64,000 bases of DNA, taken from assembly GCA_964202905.1 (NCBI GenBank), contig CAXNJO010000003.1, forward strand, positions 640,001 through 704,000. The letters are read 5' to 3'. Below, in pieces: positions 57,423-64,000 of the stretch (the first letter of the stretch is position 1; each line of letters starts with the position of its first letter). The notes below the pieces were generated by a model that ran no database searches, had not been told where the DNA came from, and saw only the letters and a list, made by a program, of their open reading frames with translations. Origin of the DNA: Polyangiales bacterium (GTDB lineage Bacteria > Myxococcota_A > Polyangia > Polyangiales > JADJQN01). The translations under genes were made by a program, and so were the position numbers.

Positions 57423-58753
57423 TCAGCGCCGCGGACGCGCAGGCGGGGTCGCGGGGCCGAGCTCGCGCAGGGCGGCCTCGACGCGGGCGCGGTCGGAGTT
57501 GTCGCCGCGGGCGCGCAGCGATCGCTCGTAATAGGTGCGTGCGGCGGCGCGGTCGGCGCGGGCACGCATCACGTCGCCGTAGAGCGCGAGGCCCTCGGGC
57601 AGCTCCGGGTGCGCCTCGAGCAGGCGGTCGAGGAAGCCGGCCGCGAGCACGTCGCGGTTCGCGGTGAGCGCGAGGCGCGCGGCGAGCACCAGCGCGCTCG
57701 GGTTGCGCGGGTCGAGGTCGGCCGCGTGCCGGTACTGCTCGAACGCGCCCTCGTAGTCCTGCCGCTGCGCGAGCACCTCGGCGAGCGCGCGCGCGCCGTC
57801 CGGCGAGTTCGGCACGAGCTCGAGCGCCTCGCGGAGCTCGCCCTCGGCGCCCTCGAGGTCGCCGCGCGCGGCCTTCGCGCGGCCGAGCCCGGTGTGCGCC
57901 GCGCCGAGCCGCGCATTGAGCCGCAGCGCCTGCGCGAACGCCGCCTCCGCGGACGGCGCGTCGCCGCTCGCGAGGAAGGACTCACCGAGCGCGACCTGCG
58001 CCTCGGCCCAGGCCGGGCCGGCCCAGCCGCCGCACGCTGGAGGAGCTGGTGTGCCTCGTCCGTGCCGCCGAGCAGGCGCCCGAGCTCGTACTGGGCCTCC
58101 GGATCGGTGGCGTCCGCCTGCGCAGCCCGGCGGAGCGAGGCCTCCGCGTCGCTGCGCCGCCCCGCCGCCGCATAGAGCCGACCGAGCCCGAGCATCGCCT
58201 CGGCGCGCGCAGGGTCCGCCGCGAGCGCGCGCTGAAACGCGGCCTCCGACTCGGCGACGGCGGCGCGGAGTCGGTGCGCCTCGCCGAGCGCGATCAACAG
58301 ATCGGGCTGGTTCGGCGCGGCCGCGAGCCCCGCCTCGAGCTCCTCGAAGGCGCGCGAGCTGCGGTTCCACACGAGGAAGGCGCGCGCGTTGCAAAGCCGG
58401 CCCCACGTGCCCGGTACGGCGCCCCGCGCCCCCGCGAGCGGCCTGCACGCAGCCTGCGCGCGGCGGTAGTCGCCCTGCGCGAAGGCCACGGTCGCGACGG
58501 CATAGAGCGCCTCGGGCGCATTGCGCGCGAGCCGCGCGGCGCGGCGCAGCTCGGCCTCGGCCTCGCGGAAGCGCCCCGCGCGGAGCAGCCCGCGACCGAG
58601 CGCGCCCGCCGCGGCGGCGTCGTTGCGCGCGGCCTTCGTCGCGGCGCGCAGGCCCTCGACCGCGGGCTCCTGCGCGCGCGTGGTCGCGGGCAAGGCGAGC
58701 GGGGCGAGCACGGCGAGGCAGACGAAGAGCGAGGCGATGACGCGGACGGACAT
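57423..58753 (-). pseudogene. Secreted TPR-repeat protein, frameshifted near 58015-58025 as sequenced
   Basis: AAGGAG RBS, signal peptide MSVRVIASLFVCLAVLAPLALPATTRA. TPRs run in ORF ..58798 up to LLQRAAAG and resume as AWAEAQVALGE in ORF 57423.. Confidence 0.75.
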
Positions 58754-58888
58754 GGAAAGCTCCTTGATAGGTCGGCCAAGCGATACCACGCGCGGCACGG
58801 GGACGCCTCAGACGAGCACTTCCGGGTGCACGCGCGGCCCGTCCGCGCGGTTGCCGCGCCGGGGATGCTCGGATACGTTGCGCGCCCG

Positions 58889-59752
58889 ATGCGCCCCGCC
58901 CCCGTCGCCGCCACGCCTGCGCGCGCGCTCCGCCCCGCCGGGCTGCGCATCGCCCCGGGCCTCGTCGCGGCCTTCGCGATCGCGCTCGCGGCCTGCGGCG
59001 GCGCGCGGACGGGGCGCAACCTGAGTTACGGCGACAGCGCGCGCGAGCTCTACGAGCTCGGCCTCGCGGACTACACCGACGAGAACTGCCAGGAAGCCGA
59101 GCCCATCCTGCGGCGCGTGCGGCGCGAGTACTCGTACAGCCGCTTCGCCGCGCTCGCCGAGCTGCGCCTCGCCGACTGCCTCATGCAGCAGGACAAGTAC
59201 GTCGAGGCCATCGCCGCGTACCGCGCCTTCGTCCGCTATCGCCCCGCGCACCCCGAGGTCGCGTACGCGCGCTTCCGCACGGCCGAGGCGTACTTCGAGC
59301 AGATGCCGAGCGACTTCATCCTCTCGCCGCCGGCCGAGGAGCGCGACCAGTCGCCGACCCGTGACGCGCTCCGGCAGCTGCGCCGCTTCGTCCTCGATTT
59401 CCCGGAGGATTCCCGCGTCCCGCGCGCCACCGAGATGGCGACCGAGGCGCTCACGCTCCTCGCGAAGCACGAGCTCTACGTCGCCGACTACTACCTCGAT
59501 CGCGACCAGCCGCGCGCGGCGATCGGCCGCCTCGAGACGCTGCTGCGCGCCTACCGCGGCAGCCGCATCGAGCCCGAGGCGCTGCTCCTGCTCGGGCGCA
59601 CCTACCTTCAGATGCGCGACGCGACCGAGGCGCGCGCCGCCTTCGACGAGCTGATCCGGCGCTTCCCCCGGTCCGGCTACGCGGCGCAGGCGCGCGGCTT
59701 CCTCGAAGAGGCCGTCCCCGCGGCGGCCCCGCCCCCCGCGACGGGCGGGTGA
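58889..59752 (+). CDS. bamD: Outer membrane protein assembly factor BamD
   Basis: Lipobox LAAC; YSYSRFAALAELRLAD, F...P.HP.V.YA, ERDQ, LAKHELYVADYY. Confidence 0.88.
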   Translation: MRPAPVAATPARALRPAGLRIAPGLVAAFAIALAACGGARTGRNLSYGDSARELYELGLADYTDENCQEAEPILRRVRREYSYSRFAALAELRLADCLMQQDKYVEAIAAYRAFVRYRPAHPEVAYARFRTAEAYFEQMPSDFILSPPAEERDQSPTRDALRQLRRFVLDFPEDSRVPRATEMATEALTLLAKHELYVADYYLDRDQPRAAIGRLETLLRAYRGSRIEPEALLLLGRTYLQMRDATEARAAFDELIRRFPRSGYAAQARGFLEEAVPAAAPPPATGG

Positions 59753-59836
59753 ATCGCGGTTCAGCGCCGGCGCTCCGGGCACGCTGTGCGGCCTTCATTG
59801 CTCCCGCGGGCAACTGCGAGCTAGGCTGCGACGCCC

Positions 59837-60640
59837 ATGGACGATAGGACACGTCAGCTCCTCGCGCTCGGGCGTGAGCACTACGAGAAGCGGGAGTTCG
59901 AGCGCGCCGAGCACTACCTCTCGCAGGTACGCGAGCGCGCCGGCGAGTTCGCCGACGTGCACAACATGCTCGGCGTGATTCACCACGATCGCGCGCGCTT
60001 CGAGGACGCGCAGGCCTCCTTCGAGGAGGCGCTGCGCATCAACCCCAATTACACCGAGGCCGCGCTCAGCCTCGCGGTCACCTACAACGACCTCGGCCGC
60101 TACGACGAGGCCAAGCGCATCTACCGCGCGGCCCTCGAGCGCGGCGAGGCGTCTCCTGGCCACGTCGACCCCTTCGTGAAGGGCAAGATCGCGAACCTGC
60201 ACGGCGAGGTCGCGCGCGCGTACGTCGAGGCGGGGCTCTTCCCGGAGGCGATGCACGAATACCGCAAGGCGCTGCTCCTCTGCCCGGAGTTCGCGGATCT
60301 GCGCGTGCGCCTCGCGAGCCTCTATCGGCAGCAGGGCGACACCGACGCGGCGCGCTTCGAGCTCGAGGAGGCCGTGCGCGTGCGGCCGCAGTACGTCCCG
60401 GCGCGCATCGCGCTCGGCGTGGTGCTGCTCTCTCTCGGCGACGAACAGAGCGCGCTCGCGCAGTGGGACGCGGCCGTCGGCGTCGACCCCGAGAACAAGA
60501 CCGCGCACATGTACCTGCGCATGACGCGCAACAGCCCCGCGCCGGTCGCGGGCGGCTCGGTGCTGCCCGCCGCGCCGGTCGACGAGTCCCTCTCGCTCGA
60601 CGACGAACCGGCGCCGCCCCGCGATCCGGCCGCGCGCTGA
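59837..60640 (+). CDS. TPR-repeat protein
   Basis: [29 protein letters not shown] and ARIALG repeats. Confidence 0.85.
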   Translation: MDDRTRQLLALGREHYEKREFERAEHYLSQVRERAGEFADVHNMLGVIHHDRARFEDAQASFEEALRINPNYTEAALSLAVTYNDLGRYDEAKRIYRAALERGEASPGHVDPFVKGKIANLHGEVARAYVEAGLFPEAMHEYRKALLLCPEFADLRVRLASLYRQQGDTDAARFELEEAVRVRPQYVPARIALGVVLLSLGDEQSALAQWDAAVGVDPENKTAHMYLRMTRNSPAPVAGGSVLPAAPVDESLSLDDEPAPPRDPAAR

Positions 60641-60654
60641 AGCCCCGCCACCGC

Positions 60655-61869
60655 ATGGACACGAGCGCGCGCGAGCCCTTCAACCTGCGATTCGACGAGG
60701 CCCTCTTCGCGACGCTCGCCGCGCGGCTCGGGGCCCGCGTCGGCTCGGTGCCGTTCCGCCTCGCGGAGACGCCGCTCTTTCTCGACGCACCGATCCGCGC
60801 CGCGCTCTGCGAGGCCGCCGACTCGCTCACGACGCAGCTGCTCGTCCCCGCGACGCACACGGCGCTGTGCGGCAGCGTGCCCGCGCGCTACGACGTCCCC
60901 GCGACGACGCCGCTCCCCGACTGCGTGCAGGTCGACTTTGCCCTCGCAGAAGATGGCCATGGCGGCATCGTCCCGCGCCTCGTCGAATTGCAGGCGTTTC
61001 CCTCGCTCTACGCGTTCGAGTCGGTGCTCGCGGAGGTGTGGGCCGAGCTGATCTCCGAGGCGCCTGGGCTCGCAGGGCCATGGACGTGCTTCTTCGAGGG
61101 CGACGGGGCGCGCGCGCTCGACCGCGTGCGCCGCGCGATCCTCGGCGGCGAAGACCCGGAGCACGTGGTCCTCGTCGATTACGCGCCCATGCAGCAGAAG
61201 ACGCTGCCCGACTTCGTCGCGACGCGCGCGCTCTTCGGCATCGACGCGGTGTGCGTGACGGCGCTCGAGGTCGAGGGGCGGCGCCTCTTCCGGCAGAAGG
61301 ACGGCCGCCGCGTGCCGGTGCGCCGCATCTACAACCGCATGGTCTTCGACGAGCTCGAGGCCAAGCGCGTGCAGGTGCCCTTCGACTGGCGCGAGCCGCT
61401 CGACGTCTCGTGGTGCTCGCACCCGAACTGGTATTGGATCTGGTCCAAATACGCGCTTCCGTTCCTCGATCACCCGACGGTGCCGCGCGCGCGGCTGCTC
61501 TCGGACGTCGACACGCGCGGCCTCGATCTCGCGCGCTACGTGCTCAAACCGCTCTACTCGTTCGCGGGCACGGGCGTCGTCGTCGACGTGACGCCCGAGG
61601 CGATCGCCGCCGTGCCCGAGCCCGAGCGCGGCGGCTGGCTCCTGCAGGAGAAGATCACGTACGCCGAGGCGATCCGCGCGCCCGCGTCGGAGGGCGGCTT
61701 CGGCGTGAAGGCCGAGGTGCGCGTGATGATGATCCGCGACCCCGGCGAAGACCGCCTGCGCACCGTGCTGCCGCTCGTGCGCCTCTCGCGCGGCAAGCTG
61801 CTCGGCGTCGACCACAACCGCGATCTGCGCTGGGTCGGCGCGAGCGTCGGACTCTGGCGCGACGGCTGA
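60655..61869 (+). CDS. ATP-grasp-type ligase, probably circularly permuted family
   Basis: VDF...VELQ metal-binding segment lies N-terminal to RRIYNR, HPNW..SK, YVLKPLYSFAG.GV and LLQEK, the order expected of permuted ATP-grasp enzymes. Confidence 0.65.
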   Translation: MDTSAREPFNLRFDEALFATLAARLGARVGSVPFRLAETPLFLDAPIRAALCEAADSLTTQLLVPATHTALCGSVPARYDVPATTPLPDCVQVDFALAEDGHGGIVPRLVELQAFPSLYAFESVLAEVWAELISEAPGLAGPWTCFFEGDGARALDRVRRAILGGEDPEHVVLVDYAPMQQKTLPDFVATRALFGIDAVCVTALEVEGRRLFRQKDGRRVPVRRIYNRMVFDELEAKRVQVPFDWREPLDVSWCSHPNWYWIWSKYALPFLDHPTVPRARLLSDVDTRGLDLARYVLKPLYSFAGTGVVVDVTPEAIAAVPEPERGGWLLQEKITYAEAIRAPASEGGFGVKAEVRVMMIRDPGEDRLRTVLPLVRLSRGKLLGVDHNRDLRWVGASVGLWRDG

Positions 61870-61965
61870 TCCCCCGAGCGCGCGGGCCCGCAGTCCGCGC
61901 CGTTTTCCCTGCGATCGCGGGCCTCCGGCCCGCCGCACCCACCCCCGAACGGAGCCCACCCCCGA

Positions 61966-62727
61966 ATGCAGTACGTCGATCCCAGCCTGCCGCGCGAGAT
62001 GTTCGGCTGGCACAGCCCCCACCTCAACACGTACATGCCGATCGTCCGCTACGGCACCTTCGGCAAGCCGCTCCTGCTCTACCCGACCGCGCAGAGCGAT
62101 CTCCTCGACGCGGAGCGCTTCTTCCTCATCAAGTCGATCGAGCCGCTCATCCTCGCCGGCCGCGTCACCGTCTTCTCGATCGAGTCGATCAACGCGCGCG
62201 CGTGGATGAACAAGAACGTGTCGGTGCCCATGAAGGCGCACCTGCAAACGCTCTACAGCGGTTACGTCGAGGACGAGGTCGTGCCGCACATCCGCCGCGC
62301 GGTGCGCGACGAGCACGCGCGCATCGCCGTGACGGGCGCGAGTTTCGGGGCGTTCCACGCGGCGAATCAGTTCTTCCGCCGGCCGGATCTCTTCGACACG
62401 CTCGTCGCGATGAGCGGTTTCTACGACCTCGAGGGCAGTTATCTCGATGGTCACTCCAATGAAGACATCTACTTCAACAACCCGATGTGGTTCTTGCGCG
62501 ACTACCACGGTCGCTCCCTCGATCTGGTGAAGAACCACGCCCAGGTCCACCTGCTCTGCGGGACCGGGCCGTGGGAGCTGCCGGCCGCGACGAAGCGCTT
62601 CTCGCAGCTGCTCTGGGACAAGGGCATCTGGCACAACGCGGATTTCTGGGGCCCCGACATGGGCCATGACTGGCCCACCTGGCGCGCGATGCTCCCGCAC
62701 TACCTCGAGCAGCGGGTCGGCTGGTGA
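61966..62727 (+). CDS. Alpha/beta-hydrolase (esterase family)
   Basis: Nucleophile motif GASFG, MSGFYD, and catalytic His in GHDWPTW. Confidence 0.88.
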   Translation: MQYVDPSLPREMFGWHSPHLNTYMPIVRYGTFGKPLLLYPTAQSDLLDAERFFLIKSIEPLILAGRVTVFSIESINARAWMNKNVSVPMKAHLQTLYSGYVEDEVVPHIRRAVRDEHARIAVTGASFGAFHAANQFFRRPDLFDTLVAMSGFYDLEGSYLDGHSNEDIYFNNPMWFLRDYHGRSLDLVKNHAQVHLLCGTGPWELPAATKRFSQLLWDKGIWHNADFWGPDMGHDWPTWRAMLPHYLEQRVGW

Positions 62728-64000
62728 CGAGCACGCGGCCACCGCGCGCGTCGACGTACACGGGGACCGGCGAGGTGCCGGTCGTGCGCTCGATCGTGCC
62801 CGCGTCGGTGGCCGCGCCCTACGCGCACGGCGACGTGTGCACCCTCGTCGTCTTCGGCGCCGCGGGCGATCTCGCGCGGAAAAAGCTCCTCCCCGCCATC
62901 TACGTGCTCGCCGCGCAGGGCCTGCTCGCGAAGGAGACGCGCGTCGTCGGCGTCGGCATCGAGCCGCTCGACGACGACGGCTTCCACGCGCTCTTCGGCG
63001 CGGCGCTCGGGGCCGCGCGCGAGGTCGGCCACGTCGACCCGACGATCTGGTCGGATCTGCGCGGACGTTGCTCGTGGGTGAGCGGCGATCTCACCGACGA
63101 GAGCGTTTACACGGAGCTGCGCCTGCACCTCGAGACGCTCGAGGCCGCGCGCCCCGCGTCCGAGGGGCATCGGCTCTTCTACCTCGCGGTGCCGCCCGTG
63201 ATCTTCGCGCCGATCGCGACGCATCTCGCCGGCAGCGGCGTGTGTCCGCGCACCGCTGCCGACGCCTCGTCCCCGTGGCGCCGCCTCATCCTCGAGAAGC
63301 CCTTCGGCCACGATCTCGAGAGCGCCCGCGCGCTCAACGCGCTCGTCCTCGCGCTCTTCGGCGAACACCAGTGCTTCCGCATCGACCACTACCTCGGCAA
63401 GGAGACGGTGCAGAACCTGCTCGTCGCCCGCAGCGCAAACGCGCTCCTCGAGGCCGTGTGGAGCCGCCAGCACATCGCGCACGTGCAGATCACCGCGGCG
63501 GAGACCGTCGGCCTCGAGGGCCGCGCGGGCTACTACGAGCGGGCCGGCGTGGTGCGCGACATGTTCCAGAATCACCTGCTCCAGCTGCTCGCCCTCGTCG
63601 CGATGGAGCCGCCCGAGAAGCCCGGCGCGGACGCGATCCGCGACGAGAAGGTGCGCGCGCTCCGCGCGATCGAGCCCCTCGTCGTCGACGGCCACACGAG
63701 CGCCGTGCGCGCGCAATACCGCACGGGGCAGCTCGGCGACACAGGCGTCGTCGGCTACCGCGAGGAGCCCGGCGCGTCGCCCGCGAGCACCACGCCGACC
63801 TACGCGGCGCTGCGGCTCTTCGTCGACACCGAGCGCTGGCGCGGCGTGCCGTTTTACCTGCGCAGCGGCAAGCGCATGGCGAAGCGCGCGACCGAGATCG
63901 CGCTCGTCTTCCGCCCGCCGCAGCGCCTGATGTACGAGCGCTGCGAGGGCGAGCAGCCCGAGCCCAACGCGCTGGTGTTCCGCATCCAGCCCGACGACGG
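62724..64000 (+). CDS. zwf: Second glucose-6-phosphate 1-dehydrogenase (runs off the window end; absent from the ORF track)
   Basis: Translated by hand from GTG 62724: VVFGAAGDLARKKLLP, LFYLAVPP, EKPFG, RIDHYLGKE, RDMFQNH and RWRGVPFYLRSGKR. Confidence 0.93.
   Translation, partial: MTSTRPPRASTYTGTGEVPVVRSIVPASVAAPYAHGDVCTLVVFGAAGDLARKKLLPAIYVLAAQGLLAKETRVVGVGIEPLDDDGFHALFGAALGAAREVGHVDPTIWSDLRGRCSWVSGDLTDESVYTELRLHLETLEAARPASEGHRLFYLAVPPVIFAPIATHLAGSGVCPRTAADASSPWRRLILEKPFGHDLESARALNALVLALFGEHQCFRIDHYLGKETVQNLLVARSANALLEAVWSRQHIAHVQITAAETVGLEGRAGYYERAGVVRDMFQNHLLQLLALVAMEPPEKPGADAIRDEKVRALRAIEPLVVDGHTSAVRAQYRTGQLGDTGVVGYREEPGASPASTTPTYAALRLFVDTERWRGVPFYLRSGKRMAKRATEIALVFRPPQRLMYERCEGEQPEPNALVFRIQPDD

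Overview
Very GC-rich (roughly 70-75% by eye), gene-dense bacterial chromosomal DNA. The gene content points to Myxococcota, probably Polyangia/Sandaracinaceae-like (inference): giant kinase-TPR protein, Cys-rich and Asp-Ala-Gly-linker lipoproteins, ECF sigma factors. About 53 protein-coding genes are supportable. Housekeeping blocks include speA, selO, trmO/tsaA, greB, zwf-pgl-gnd, gltA, ppa, mreBCD-mrdA-rodA, purEK and bamD; they alternate with accessory surface and signalling genes. I found no rRNA, tRNA, CRISPR array or transposase. Most long ORFs in the supplied track are antisense or off-frame shadows caused by GC bias. Three genes carry small frameshifts in G/C runs, most likely assembly errors. 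Highlights: (1) a stand-alone eukaryote-type (canonical) poly(ADP-ribose) glycohydrolase at 55461-56666 with atypical codon usage; (2) a ~1780-aa protein with an EAD/Death-like N-terminus, a probable pseudokinase, TPRs and a degenerate M48-like C-terminus; (3) a lipoprotein with two ADAM-type disintegrin-like repeats; (4) three ATP-grasp-type ligases plus an esterase, split over two loci, suggesting a non-ribosomal peptide ligation system; (5) a pervasive leaderless-mRNA promoter signature; (6) a second zwf lacking the NADP-specifying Arg. All family assignments come from motif recognition by eye, not database searches.
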